Below the pieces are notes generated by a model, which worked only from the letters and a program-made list of their open reading frames with translations, did not search any database and was not told the DNA's origin. The position numbers were made by a program, and so were the translations under genes. 64,000 nucleotides of DNA from Vampirovibrio sp. (GTDB taxonomy: Bacteria; Cyanobacteriota; Vampirovibrionia; Vampirovibrionales; Vampirovibrionaceae), in contig NZ_JBGSRV010000012.1 of assembly GCF_041737375.1 (NCBI RefSeq), positions 94,790 to 158,789 on the forward strand. Direction: 5' to 3'. Position 1 is the first letter of the stretch; every line of letters starts with the position of its first letter. Shown piece after piece: positions 16,990-26,841 of this stretch.

Positions 16990-18438
16990 TTGAGCTACGA
17001 CGTAGGGCAACCGCATCATTTGGGAGGGCCACTGGCACCTTCTGGAAGTGACGGACCGGGATTTGCTAAACCCAGCGGGCCGACGCCATTCAGTGCGCCT
17101 GTGGACCTGAGTGGACGGTCTTATCACGTGAATGCCAAATCGGCGGTCACCCCTGACAATATGATGGAGCGTCTGGATCAAGGGGCTAGAACCTCTGCCA
17201 GTGTCTCCAGTTTGAGTTTAAACTCGGAGCTTGGCGCAGGCTTGGCCGGTTCTGCCGAGAAGGGAACGTCTACAACCGGGGCCGCTGCTGCCGCTGCTGT
17301 GGAGCCTTCTTCTTCTTCCTTTAGCAGCCCTGTGGGGGCGGAACATTTAGCGCCTTTGGCCCTTGAAAGCGGCCCTTCTAAAAACGAGGGCAAGTCTGAA
17401 GAAGGCCGGGGCAAAGGGTTAGAATCCAACGCCCAGCAAAATGGTAACGTGAACGCCAGTGCGGATGAGTCACCGGGTAAGGCCGCCCAAGGTGGTATTC
17501 AAGGGGTTAAGGCTGAACTGGAAGGCGCTGGTAAAGAGGCTAAGGGTAGCCCTGAGGCTGGACAGCTTCAACAACTCACCCAGTCTCTGGATCAGCAAGG
17601 CCAGCAAGTGGCTCAGGCCGATAAGATCGACAAGCAATCCAAAACGGTGGACAAAACGGCTCAGACCCAGGAAAAGGCCGGTGGTGCGCTGGATAAAATT
17701 GGATCCACGCTGGAAAAAGTGGGCACTGGCCTCAGCACGGCGGGTCAAGCCATGATGGCCAGTGGTCAGGCCATGCTGAGCAATCCGTTTACCGCTGCGG
17801 CGGGTGCCGCTCTGCTGGCCGCAGGCATTGCCTTAAAAGTGGCCGGTACGGTTATGAAGGTTTCCGGTAAAGCCATGAAGGTGGTTGGCAAGGCCCTTGA
17901 GAAAGTGGGTAAAGCGTTATCTAAAGTGGCCAAAACCTTGATGAAAGTGGTCAACAAAATTTTGGACAAACTCAAAAAAATGCTGGAAACGGTCAGTAAA
18001 AAAATTAAAGATATTCTGGCTCGCATCCGCAATAAAAAAGACAACAAGGCCGATCAAAAACCGGATGCTCAGCCTGCGGCCAATTCGGCCAGCAAAACGG
18101 AATCCTCTAAAAAAGCAGAACAATCCGCTCAAACCAACCCCGATAAAAAAGCAGGATCGTCTTCTGGCAATCAGGACGGTTCCAAGCTGGATACCGTTAA
18201 AGAAATGGGGGCCGGGTTGGCGCTGGATGCGGGTGTTAGCAAAGCAACGTCCATGATCAGCTCCGGCGGTGATGATGTGGCTGCCGCTGCTGGCGATAGC
18301 ACCGTGGCTGCTGCCAGTCAGCAGAGTGCCAGTGCGCCGCTGCGATCTTCTTTTACGGGCTCTCCTAACGCAAGCCAGTTATCGGGTGGCGCAGGGTCAG
18401 CCCCTATTTTTCAGTCATTCACCCCGCAATTGACTTAA
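16990..18438 (+). CDS. Low-complexity protein with a hydrophobic segment and Lys-rich amphipathic repeats (function unknown)
   Basis: 482-aa ORF with TTG start. The start is uncertain: in-frame ATGs follow at 17161/17164 (the 'MM' of 'DNMMERL'). It has Ser/Gly/Ala/Gln-rich flanks, the hydrophobic segment 'FTAAAGAALLAAGIALKVAG', and about 8 units of the x-G-K-A-h-x-K-V type ('KVSGKAMKVVGKALEKVGKALSKVAKTLMKVV'). Confidence 0.6.
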   Translation: MSYDVGQPHHLGGPLAPSGSDGPGFAKPSGPTPFSAPVDLSGRSYHVNAKSAVTPDNMMERLDQGARTSASVSSLSLNSELGAGLAGSAEKGTSTTGAAAAAAVEPSSSSFSSPVGAEHLAPLALESGPSKNEGKSEEGRGKGLESNAQQNGNVNASADESPGKAAQGGIQGVKAELEGAGKEAKGSPEAGQLQQLTQSLDQQGQQVAQADKIDKQSKTVDKTAQTQEKAGGALDKIGSTLEKVGTGLSTAGQAMMASGQAMLSNPFTAAAGAALLAAGIALKVAGTVMKVSGKAMKVVGKALEKVGKALSKVAKTLMKVVNKILDKLKKMLETVSKKIKDILARIRNKKDNKADQKPDAQPAANSASKTESSKKAEQSAQTNPDKKAGSSSGNQDGSKLDTVKEMGAGLALDAGVSKATSMISSGGDDVAAAAGDSTVAAASQQSASAPLRSSFTGSPNASQLSGGAGSAPIFQSFTPQLT

Positions 18439-21400
18439 AAATCGGGGGATAGAATTTCTTTGAGATCTTCGAAAGAGAGCATTTTGCCCACGGAGCGATC
18501 GGCGGCAATAATGGAATCGACCAAATCTCGCTTGCGATCCTGAAGCTTCAGAATTTTCTCTTCCACGGTGCCTTTGGTAATCAGTCGGTACACAAAAACG
18601 GTTTTGGTCTGCCCGATTCGGTGGGCCCGGTCGCTGGCCTGATCTTCCGCCGAGGGATTCCACCACGGATCGTAGTGAATGACATAATCGGCCCCGGTCA
18701 GGTTTAAGCCGGTGCCGCCCGCCTTCAGGCTCATTAGAAAAATGGGAATGGAATCATCGTTGTTAAAGCGATCTACCATCACATGGCGATCTCGGCTTTC
18801 GCCGGTTAAATACTCGTATTTAATGCCTTTTTTATCCAGCCAGGTGCGAACAATTTTAAGCATTTCCACAAACTGGCTAAACAGCAAAATGCGATGGCCT
18901 TCGCTAATCACTTCCTCAATCATGTCCTTCAGGGCGTCAAACTTGCCAGAATCCTTCAGCCCACCAGACAGTTCTTCGCCCATCAGTTGCGGGTGACAGC
19001 AAATTTGCCTTAAGCGCAACAGGGCCGCAAAAATGGAATTGGTGGAGCCGCCCACGCCTTTGTCGGCCACGTTGGCGAATACTTCTTCCTTGGTTTTTTC
19101 CAGCACTTCCAGGTAAAGCTCTCGCTGGGCTTCCGTTAGCTCACAGTATTGCACGGCTTCAATTTTAGGCGGCAAGTCCTTGGCCACATCCTGCTTTAGA
19201 CGGCGTAGCATAAATGGAAACACCTGCTTTTTCAGGCGGCGTTCCGCGTCCCGGTTGCCACGTTCCTCAATGGGGAATACATAGCGGTACTTGAAATCAT
19301 CCTTGTCATACAGAAAATTGGGCATTAAAAAGTCAAAAACAGACCACAGCTCCATCAGGCGGTTTTCCACCGGGGTGCCGGATAGGGCCAGCCGGTGCGA
19401 GGCTTGCAGCGCTTTGCTGGCGTTGGCCGTTTGCGATTCGTAGTTTTTAATATTTTGCGATTCATCCAGAATGACATAGCGGAACGGGTATTCCTTCAGC
19501 GCCCGCACGTCCCGACGCATCAGGGCGTAGCTGGTGATAACGGCGTCCGCTTCTTTAATTTTTTTGTACTGGATATGGCGATCGCTGCCGGTTAAGTTCA
19601 CCACGCTCAGTTCCGGGGTGAACTTGGCGATTTCATTCACCCAGTTGTACACCACCGAGGTGGGGCAAATAATCAGCGATGGCATGGGGCCATCCTGATT
19701 TTTGGCGTGTTGCAGCAATACCAGCGTTTGCAGGGTTTTGCCCAGGCCCATGTCATCGGCCAAAATACCGTTCAGGCCGTAAGAATACAGGAACCAAAGC
19801 CAGTTAAAACCGGCCTTCTGATAAGGGCGCAGCTCGGCTTGCACTTGGGCGGGCATGTCAATTTCTTCCATGGAAGTTTGGGAAGAAATCACGCTCCAGA
19901 ATTTGGAGAATTTTTTGCTCAAGTCCAGTTCAATGCCCTGATCCACCAATTCGGCAATCAGGCCCGCCCGAAAAGTCTGGATTTGGTAAGTGTCCTGATC
20001 GATGTTTTCGGCGTCAAAAAACTGCAGGGTTTTGGTAATGTGCAAAATGGCGGCCAGCGGAATTTCAATGTAGCCCACATCTTTCATAAAAAAGTATTTT
20101 TTGCCCTGCATCAGGTGGCGTTGCACCTCATCCAGAGTCATGGCCTTTTCGCCAATGGTGCAATCAATTTTCAGGACAAACAAATCCACGGTTTGGGCAA
20201 ACTCAATACGCCCTCGCAATTTGAGCGGATGATCAGAAGCCTTTAGGGACTTCATGTCATTCTCATACTTGGCCTTCCATGGGTTACTTTCCTGCTCCAT
20301 GCGGTTTTTGAGGGTGATGTTGTAAAAATCAATGGCCTCATCACCTTCGGCAAAGAAGTGGTTGGTTTGCAAAGGTTGCAAGCCGCCGTCCAACAGCTCC
20401 TGGTAAGCGTCATACTCATCCTGAATGTCTCGCTTGATCCAGTAAATGTTGTCCTTGTCTTTTTTGGTGATCATCACATAAGGGGTTTCCGGCGTTTTTT
20501 TGCTGAAAGGCACTTTGACGCCGTCATAGTCAAAGTCCAGGCTGGCCCGAATTTTGAGGGTGGCTTCATCCAGAAGTTCCACGGTGACAATTTTAGTGGC
20601 TGGTCGCTTTTTTAAATCCACCTGATGCACAATATCGGCCAGATCCATGTCCACCACTTTACGCAGTTGGGGCAGATCTTCGTACATAAACTTGCCGCCG
20701 TCGGCATCTTTAATATCGGTGAAGCTGGACTTGGTGAGGTGGTTGGGCAAGTCCGACAGTTTGTTGGAAAGCGGGTAAATGCGGTTTTTGTACAAGCCCC
20801 ACGGGACATCACGCCCAAACATGGTTAACTCTTCCAGTGGGTAGGCGTCATACGGCTCCTGGCGAATCCAGTGCAGAGACACCAGAACGTTTCCGGCCAT
20901 GGAGACATTTACCGACATCAGTAAAAACAGCGGATCATGCTCAAAGGATAAGCGCTGCCCGTTGGTATTGCTGACCTCTTCCACTTGTGAAAGAAGCTGC
21001 AGCAGGTTTTCACCCTCGGCCACCGGCAAGTTGAACCAGCCGTGATCGGGTTTGCCTTTGGCATGCCGAAGCACAAACTGAATGGTGGCAATCTCTCGTT
21101 TTTGGGCCTTGTTAAAGCTTTCTTCCCCGGATTTATTGCCCTGATCCAGCGCCAGTTGCAGCACTTTTTCCAGGTTGTGCATAATTTTGCCGCTGGCTCG
21201 GTCTTCCACTTTAATGCCAATTTGTTTGGGCTTGGGGTGCTTGTCCGGCTTAATAATAAAGCGGTAGTTCCCTTCAAAGTTGGAGGGGTCTAGCGTACTG
21301 ACCGTGTCATCTTCGGTAGGTAGCCGGTAATATTTGTTCCAGTAGTGGCGTTTTACGGCTTCCAGTGCTACGGAAACCGAGTGCTTGCACCAGGCCTCTT

Positions 21401-21632
21401 CTAACGGACAGTCGCAAACCGGCTCCACATGGTCTTTCTTGAACTTGAGTTGAATATTGTAGGCATCTTTGTATTTGCCTTTTACTTTGGCCCGCACCCC
21501 AATGGAATCCAGCGTGATGTGCTGGAGCTGGTTTTCCTTAAAATAGCTATAGCCTCGTCGCCAACTGCCAGGTTTGGCCTGCTGCTTGATATAGCCGAAG
21601 TTAAAATCGATAAGGGTATCCAAAGTCTTCAT
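18435..21632 (-). CDS. SNF2-family helicase/translocase with N-terminal SWIM zinc finger
   Basis: 1065 aa. SWIM 'CDCPLEEAWCKH'; helicase motifs 'DDMGLGKTLQ', 'ILDESQNIKN', 'LSGTPVENRL', 'LKAGGTGLNLTGADYVIHYDPWWNP' and 'QASDRAHRIGQ'. Confidence 0.9.
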   Translation of the reverse strand: MKTLDTLIDFNFGYIKQQAKPGSWRRGYSYFKENQLQHITLDSIGVRAKVKGKYKDAYNIQLKFKKDHVEPVCDCPLEEAWCKHSVSVALEAVKRHYWNKYYRLPTEDDTVSTLDPSNFEGNYRFIIKPDKHPKPKQIGIKVEDRASGKIMHNLEKVLQLALDQGNKSGEESFNKAQKREIATIQFVLRHAKGKPDHGWFNLPVAEGENLLQLLSQVEEVSNTNGQRLSFEHDPLFLLMSVNVSMAGNVLVSLHWIRQEPYDAYPLEELTMFGRDVPWGLYKNRIYPLSNKLSDLPNHLTKSSFTDIKDADGGKFMYEDLPQLRKVVDMDLADIVHQVDLKKRPATKIVTVELLDEATLKIRASLDFDYDGVKVPFSKKTPETPYVMITKKDKDNIYWIKRDIQDEYDAYQELLDGGLQPLQTNHFFAEGDEAIDFYNITLKNRMEQESNPWKAKYENDMKSLKASDHPLKLRGRIEFAQTVDLFVLKIDCTIGEKAMTLDEVQRHLMQGKKYFFMKDVGYIEIPLAAILHITKTLQFFDAENIDQDTYQIQTFRAGLIAELVDQGIELDLSKKFSKFWSVISSQTSMEEIDMPAQVQAELRPYQKAGFNWLWFLYSYGLNGILADDMGLGKTLQTLVLLQHAKNQDGPMPSLIICPTSVVYNWVNEIAKFTPELSVVNLTGSDRHIQYKKIKEADAVITSYALMRRDVRALKEYPFRYVILDESQNIKNYESQTANASKALQASHRLALSGTPVENRLMELWSVFDFLMPNFLYDKDDFKYRYVFPIEERGNRDAERRLKKQVFPFMLRRLKQDVAKDLPPKIEAVQYCELTEAQRELYLEVLEKTKEEVFANVADKGVGGSTNSIFAALLRLRQICCHPQLMGEELSGGLKDSGKFDALKDMIEEVISEGHRILLFSQFVEMLKIVRTWLDKKGIKYEYLTGESRDRHVMVDRFNNDDSIPIFLMSLKAGGTGLNLTGADYVIHYDPWWNPSAEDQASDRAHRIGQTKTVFVYRLITKGTVEEKILKLQDRKRDLVDSIIAADRSVGKMLSFEDLKEILSPDF

Positions 21633-21920
21633 CAGACGGTCTTTTGTCCCTAAAATCAGGTTACGGTTTTCTATCTGCGTAAAGCAGTCTCAACAACGCC
21701 ATCCGGGGCCTTTAAAAAGGTATTGAAAAACGCGGGGCGCCTTTAAAAAAACGATTGCGGATATATAGGAGGTTCTGAAACTTCAGGGAGACTGTGTCCG
21801 GCGACAACACGAGCATTGTGATAGTTTGCTGCCCACCGCAGACAACCGCGCACCCCTGCAGATATTTTAACAGCATTGTCGTGGATTTCAATCGCGGACG
21901 TAATACTGAAGCATGATAGC

Positions 21921-22667
21921 CTAAAGTAACGTCGCTTCAAAGTCCGTTAAAATGGTGACATGGGGGTGTCGCTTCAGCCAGGATGCAGGACAATCGGCGC
22001 TGGGTGGCGTGTTGGGGTGAAAGGCCTGCCGCAGGATGTTTTTTTTGCTTTCCCCAGTGGCCAGCATTAAGATATGGCGAGCGCTCAGGATGGCCTTCAG
22101 GCCCAGCGTAATGGCCTGGGTTGGAAATCCGGGCTTTCCGGCTGCCCCAAAATTACTGAGCTGGGTTTGTTCAGCCAGCGCCACCACCCGAGTGGGGCTG
22201 TTGGCCTCAGATCCGGGTTCGTTAAAGGCAATGTGTCCGTTCTGTCCAATGCCCAAAATCACCAGATCGGGTCCCTCGTTTTGGGTCACCAGCGCTTCAT
22301 AAGCGGCAGGGCAGTCAAAATACTGCTCCATATAAAACTTTTGGCCGCCCACAAAGTTCCAAAGCGCCTGATGCATAAAGTCCGCAAAGCTTTGATAAGG
22401 CGCTTTGGCCTGAGCATTTGGCTTAAGGTACTCATCTAGCTGGAATAACCGGCTTTTTTCCCAGTTAACGTCCGCCATGTTTCGCAAATGGGCGTACATG
22501 GGAACGGGTGTTTTGCCGGTGGGAAAAATCAGGGTTGAGTTTGTTTTTTGGCTAAGCTGTTCGGCAATAATGCTGGCGGCCTGTTTGCCAACCGCTTCCG
22601 CATCGGGGAGATGTTCCCAGTGGATGCCTTGATTTGTCTCTTTTGCAGTCATACTTGCGTGGGTCAA
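21921..22667 (-). CDS. nagB: Glucosamine-6-phosphate deaminase
   Basis: 248 aa with 'GIGQNGHIAFNEPGS' and 'FQLDEY' motifs. Confidence 0.75.
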   Translation of the reverse strand: MTHASMTAKETNQGIHWEHLPDAEAVGKQAASIIAEQLSQKTNSTLIFPTGKTPVPMYAHLRNMADVNWEKSRLFQLDEYLKPNAQAKAPYQSFADFMHQALWNFVGGQKFYMEQYFDCPAAYEALVTQNEGPDLVILGIGQNGHIAFNEPGSEANSPTRVVALAEQTQLSNFGAAGKPGFPTQAITLGLKAILSARHILMLATGESKKNILRQAFHPNTPPSADCPASWLKRHPHVTILTDFEATLL

Positions 22668-22871
22668 TCCAAGCCCAACCCGCCCAGCAAGGGTAAAGGG
22701 TTGTTCCTAAAACAATACACTGCCTTCCATCATAACATTGGATATCGCCCTTTTTGCACGGCTGATTCCAGAATGGCCCTGATCCGCCCTATTACTGGAT
22801 GGCCCATCGGCAGCCAACAGGATTTGTGTTTAAATAAAGTCCATTGCCCTGCCTGAATATATGATTGCACC

Positions 22872-23642
22872 ATGACTGAGCCAACCACCCCACAAACCCC
22901 ATCACCTAACACCTTTGAAACAGAAGAGCCCCTGCGTAAGGGGGAGTATTCTCGCCAAGGCGAGTTTCACCGTAATTTAAACCCAAACTGGAGCTATTAT
23001 CCGGTTTACGTGAATAAAGTGGCCTTGATTGATGAGTTGCTCAGAAAATACGGTTGTCAGTCTGGCAAAACGCTGGATGCGGGTTGTGGCGAAGGCGTTT
23101 TGGTGGAAAAATACGCCCAGCAGGGCTGGGATATCAAGGGCGTGGATAAAAATTACGCTTCCGCTTATGTGGAAGAAGGCAGTATTACCCAGCTGCCCTT
23201 TGCGGACAATACCTTTGACACGCTGCTTTGTCTGGATGTGCTGGAGCATTTGTATTACAACGACCAGAAGCAGGCCATTAAAGAGATTCGGCGGGTGGTG
23301 AAACCGGGTGGCACCCTTTTGTTCTCTTGTCCCAACTTGGCGCACTTTACCAGCCGCTTAAAGCTCATGTTTCGGGGCAAATTGCTCCGTACCGCCTCGG
23401 TGGGGCATCATCCCGGCGATCGGCCCATGCTGGAGTACGAAGAATTGTTTGAAAAAGCGGGCTTTCGCATTCAGGAGCGACAAGGCATTTTCCCCACCGT
23501 GCCACCTATTTATCGCTTTGTGATGCGTCACCCGGCAAAAAGTGCCGGGCTGTTGCGTTTATTAAGGAAAGTGCCTTTTCCGGTTGGCTGGAATTTTCAG
23601 GTGCTATTTGTCTGCAAGCTACAAAAAGAGGTCGCCTCATGA
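22872..23642 (+). CDS. Class I SAM-dependent methyltransferase
   Basis: 256 aa with motif I 'LDAGCGEGV' and post-I/II spacing. ATGA overlap with rfbC. Confidence 0.75.
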   Translation: MTEPTTPQTPSPNTFETEEPLRKGEYSRQGEFHRNLNPNWSYYPVYVNKVALIDELLRKYGCQSGKTLDAGCGEGVLVEKYAQQGWDIKGVDKNYASAYVEEGSITQLPFADNTFDTLLCLDVLEHLYYNDQKQAIKEIRRVVKPGGTLLFSCPNLAHFTSRLKLMFRGKLLRTASVGHHPGDRPMLEYEELFEKAGFRIQERQGIFPTVPPIYRFVMRHPAKSAGLLRLLRKVPFPVGWNFQVLFVCKLQKEVAS

Positions 23643-24193
23643 TTTTTTTAACCACGCCCTTACCAGATGCCTTTGTGGTTGAGATTGAAAAACTGGAAGA
23701 TGAGCGCGGTTTTTTCGCCGAGGGCTGGAAGGATGAAGTGGCCGCTGAACATGGCATTCAGGTCACCTTTAACCGTACCAACATTTCTTATAATAAAAAG
23801 TCGGGAACCCTGCGCGGTTTGCACAGTCAAATGGCCCCTTTTGAAGAGGCCAAGCTGGTTCGCTGTATTCAGGGCGCCATTTTTGATGTGATTGTGGACA
23901 TTCGCCCCGATTCGCCCACTTACCTGAAGTGGCATGGCATTGAGCTGACCGCCGACAATCACCGTATGTTGTACATTCCCAAAGGCTTTTTACACGGTTT
24001 TCAAACCTTGCTAGCAGACACCACTGTTTTTTATCAGGTTGCCGGACGTTACAAGCCCAACAGCGAAGTGGGTGCCTGTTATAACGATGCGGCATTTGGC
24101 ATCGACTGGCCCCATTCGCCCCAGCGGGTGCTTTCCCCTAAAGATCAGGCGTGGCCAGCGTTTCCTGTGGTTCCACAGGCAATGGTTCTCTAG
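23639..24193 (+). CDS. rfbC: dTDP-4-dehydrorhamnose 3,5-epimerase
   Basis: 184 aa cupin with 'DERGFF', 'LRGLHSQ', 'KLVRCIQGAIFDVIVDIR' and 'LYIPKGFLHGFQTL'. Confidence 0.88.
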   Translation: MIFLTTPLPDAFVVEIEKLEDERGFFAEGWKDEVAAEHGIQVTFNRTNISYNKKSGTLRGLHSQMAPFEEAKLVRCIQGAIFDVIVDIRPDSPTYLKWHGIELTADNHRMLYIPKGFLHGFQTLLADTTVFYQVAGRYKPNSEVGACYNDAAFGIDWPHSPQRVLSPKDQAWPAFPVVPQAMVL

Positions 24194-24256
24194 CCACACC
24201 CGGTTGACATTGCGGGCGCTTTGCAGCCCACCCGATTAGAAAGGACTGAGATACCA

Positions 24257-24583
24257 ATGGCAATGGCTTGGGTATGGCTGATTATTGCCGGACTGCTGGA
24301 GATTGGCTGGGCAGTGGGGCTAAAAGCCACCGATGGATGGACCCGGCTGGTGCCCAGCTTGTTGACCGCATTTTGTATGGTCCTGAGCTTGTTTGTGCTT
24401 TCCAGGGTGCTAAAAACGTTGCCCATTAGTCTGGCCTATCCGGTGTGGGTGGGTATCGGTTCGGTAGGGGTGGCTTTGGTGGGCATGGGCTGGATGGGAG
24501 AGTCCTGCTCTCCTTTTAAGCTGTTTTGCCTTTGCCTGATTGTGGCGGGCATTGTCGGGCTGAAGATGGCCAGTCCTTCTTAA
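24257..24583 (+). CDS. sugE: SMR-family small multidrug/guanidinium exporter (SugE/Gdx-like)
   Basis: About 108 aa with 4 TM segments, starting 'MAMAWVWLIIAGLLEIGWAVGLK'. AAGGA box upstream of the ATG at 24257; the ORF is open from 24221. Confidence 0.8.
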   Translation: MAMAWVWLIIAGLLEIGWAVGLKATDGWTRLVPSLLTAFCMVLSLFVLSRVLKTLPISLAYPVWVGIGSVGVALVGMGWMGESCSPFKLFCLCLIVAGIVGLKMASPS

Positions 24584-24775
24584 GGCAAGCGCTGATCGGG
24601 TGCCCTGTTTGATGATGAGGATGGGTTGCTGAAATCTGGAGAGTTGGTTTTTAAACTTTACTGTGTTAGGATTTCCCCGGAAGTTGAGTTATTTTGTACG
24701 GACGCCGGGGTGGAAAGTGGGTTTCCAGGCGGTTAATGGGCATGGCCTGTGGCCATCGCGAAGGGGGATTCGCCA

Positions 24776-25963
24776 ATGTTGTCACGTTCTTTTTTCAGTC
24801 ATTCTGGTTTGGATAGTGGCGTTTTTGGGTTTAAGGCCGCTCGTGCCAATCCGTCGCCCACCCGAATGTGGACCCGCTCGCCAGAGACGGGGCGCCTGAG
24901 CTCCATGGCTGTGGCTCAAGCGGCACCGCAAACACCTCGTGAGCCGGGTTCTTCAGAAGAGGCATCGGATACGATCAGTTTATCGCCCCGGCCTGTTTCA
25001 GCCGCTTTGCCTGCCCAGTCGTTGCGGTTAATGCGCCCCTATCGCACTTTAATGTCTTACAATGCTCAAGATTTTTATCAAACCCCTAAAAACAGGCAAA
25101 TAAAGTCTCAGGCAGCCATTCGTGCGTTGGCTGAGGTGATTGAGAAGGAGAACCCGGATGTGGTGGCCTTGCAGGAAGTGGGGGACAAGGGGATTTTGAA
25201 CCAGTTCAATATCAGGCATCTCAAGGGGCAGTATCCCAATATCGTGAGTAATCCGGTATGGGCCAAAAGCCAGCACCAGTTGGCCTTTTTAAGCAAGGGC
25301 AATATCAAGGTGGTGGAAACCAAAAGTCACTGGAAGGAGTTTTGCAAGCTCTCTCAGGGGGCGGCGGTGCGTGATTTGCTGGAAGCAACCTTTGAGACAG
25401 AAACAGGGTATCGCTTTACGGTATTTAACTCTCACTTAAAATCCATGCGGGGCGGGGAAGGAAAAACCGCCCCGGTTCGCTGGAAGGAAGCCAATGCCGC
25501 TGCCCAGATTATTCAGCGGCATCTTCAGGATCGCCCGGAAGCCCATGTTTTTATCACCGGGGATTTAAACACGCATTACGACAGCAATGAGGGCAAGCCG
25601 GTCATAGAGGCGTTGGAGCGGTTGGGTCAACCAGATGGAGAGCCCTTGTTTACGGAAGTGACGCTGAAGGACAATGCCCAAAAGCCCACCAACCGGGCGT
25701 TTGGCTATCCTGATTCCAAGCTGGATTACACCTTTAGTTCAAAAGCCTTAACGCCTTTGATTAAAGCCGCTTATGTGGCGGGCAATTTTGAGGAAGCGCC
25801 CTGGCGGGAGGCTTCGGATCATTTACCGCTGGTTACTTTGTTTGAGGAAGGCACGCCGCAGACCCCCCCGAAATCAGCCCGCTCAGATGCGCCGGCTCGC
25901 TCTGGCGACAAGCCGCAACATGGAAAACATAACAAAAAACGGAAGCTGGAATTGATCGCCTAG
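24776..25963 (+). CDS. Endonuclease/exonuclease/phosphatase (EEP) family protein with a ~100-aa low-complexity N-terminal extension
   Basis: EEP motifs 'VVALQEVG', 'FNSHLKS', 'ITGDLN' and 'SDHLPLV'. The start at 24776 is preferred because of the AAGGGGGA box 7 nt upstream; the ORF is open from 24749. Confidence 0.7.
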   Translation: MLSRSFFSHSGLDSGVFGFKAARANPSPTRMWTRSPETGRLSSMAVAQAAPQTPREPGSSEEASDTISLSPRPVSAALPAQSLRLMRPYRTLMSYNAQDFYQTPKNRQIKSQAAIRALAEVIEKENPDVVALQEVGDKGILNQFNIRHLKGQYPNIVSNPVWAKSQHQLAFLSKGNIKVVETKSHWKEFCKLSQGAAVRDLLEATFETETGYRFTVFNSHLKSMRGGEGKTAPVRWKEANAAAQIIQRHLQDRPEAHVFITGDLNTHYDSNEGKPVIEALERLGQPDGEPLFTEVTLKDNAQKPTNRAFGYPDSKLDYTFSSKALTPLIKAAYVAGNFEEAPWREASDHLPLVTLFEEGTPQTPPKSARSDAPARSGDKPQHGKHNKKRKLELIA

Positions 25964-26045
25964 CCCTGTAGGATGTTAAGATGCTGTTCTGATGAAGCGC
26001 TCAATTCGCCAATCGGGTCGTTTGCCACCTAAAGGAGCTAAAGCC

Positions 26046-26831
26046 ATGTCCGCAGCCGTCACTGAAATCGAATCCTCCCCAGCCAGCCAGTTGGCGCGAA
26101 CGATTGACCATACCAAACTCACCTTTGCTGTGGGCGAAGATGAACAGGCGGCCATTCTTCAATTGTGCGAAGAAGCCCGGCAGTATGGCTTTTTTGCGGT
26201 GTGCGTTCGTCCCCGGCATGTGGCCTTGTGCAAAAAGCACCTGATGGATACTGCGGTGAAGGTGGCGACTGTTATTGGTTTTCCGCTGGATACCGTAAAG
26301 CTGGAAGCCGAGAAAATTCAGCCCACCATTGGTAATTTCCCCATTGCCGATAAAGTGGCGGAAGCTCGTCAAGCGGTGCTGGATGGTGCCGATGAGCTGG
26401 ATGTGGTCATTCATGTGGCCCAGCTAAAGTCGGATACTCAAACCGGGGCTACCGAAGTGGTTCGCCAGGAGTTAAAGGCCATTCAGGAGGCTGCTTCCGG
26501 CAAGCCCATTAAAGTGATTATTGAAACCGATCTGTTGTCAGACGCTGAAATTATGCAAATTAGCCATTGGTGCGCCGAATTGCGGGTGTTAATGGTCAAA
26601 ACCTGCACGGGTATGGTAGAAGGCGGCCAGGGCGCTACGGTGAAAGTGGTCAGCCTGATTCAGTCCACTTTGCGTAAAACCAATCCCAAAACCAAAATTA
26701 AGGCCAGTGGCGGCATTAAAAGCCAGGAGCAGGCCCAAAGCCTGTTAAAAGCCGGGGCCGTTCGCTTGGGCACCAGCTCCGGGTTGGCCATTGTGCAAGG
26801 CTCATCCGCCGAAAATGCGGTTGATTACTAA
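26046..26831 (+). CDS. deoC: Deoxyribose-phosphate aldolase
   Basis: Motifs 'IDHTKL', 'KVIIETDLL' and the Schiff-base region 'KASGGI'. AAGGAG box upstream of the ATG at 26046; the ORF is open from 25992. Confidence 0.85.
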   Translation: MSAAVTEIESSPASQLARTIDHTKLTFAVGEDEQAAILQLCEEARQYGFFAVCVRPRHVALCKKHLMDTAVKVATVIGFPLDTVKLEAEKIQPTIGNFPIADKVAEARQAVLDGADELDVVIHVAQLKSDTQTGATEVVRQELKAIQEAASGKPIKVIIETDLLSDAEIMQISHWCAELRVLMVKTCTGMVEGGQGATVKVVSLIQSTLRKTNPKTKIKASGGIKSQEQAQSLLKAGAVRLGTSSGLAIVQGSSAENAVDY

Positions 26832-26841
26832 TCAAATCGCG

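Noticed and set aside
16673-21632. tRNA-Gln as the attachment site of a genomic island carrying the orphan gene and the SNF2 helicase
   Set aside because: I saw no integrase, no repeat of the tRNA 3' end and no other mobile-element genes. The idea cannot be supported from this window.
21743-21940. 65-aa ORF in the SNF2-nagB intergenic region
   Set aside because: It overlaps the nagB 3' end, has no RBS, and is Cys/Arg-rich with no motif. It is more likely untranslated spacer.
24194-24256. Guanidine riboswitch expected upstream of a SugE/Gdx-type exporter
   Set aside because: The 63-nt leader shows no paired ACGR-loop hairpins (guanidine-II) and no guanidine-I or -III conserved cores. The gene may simply be read through from rfbC.
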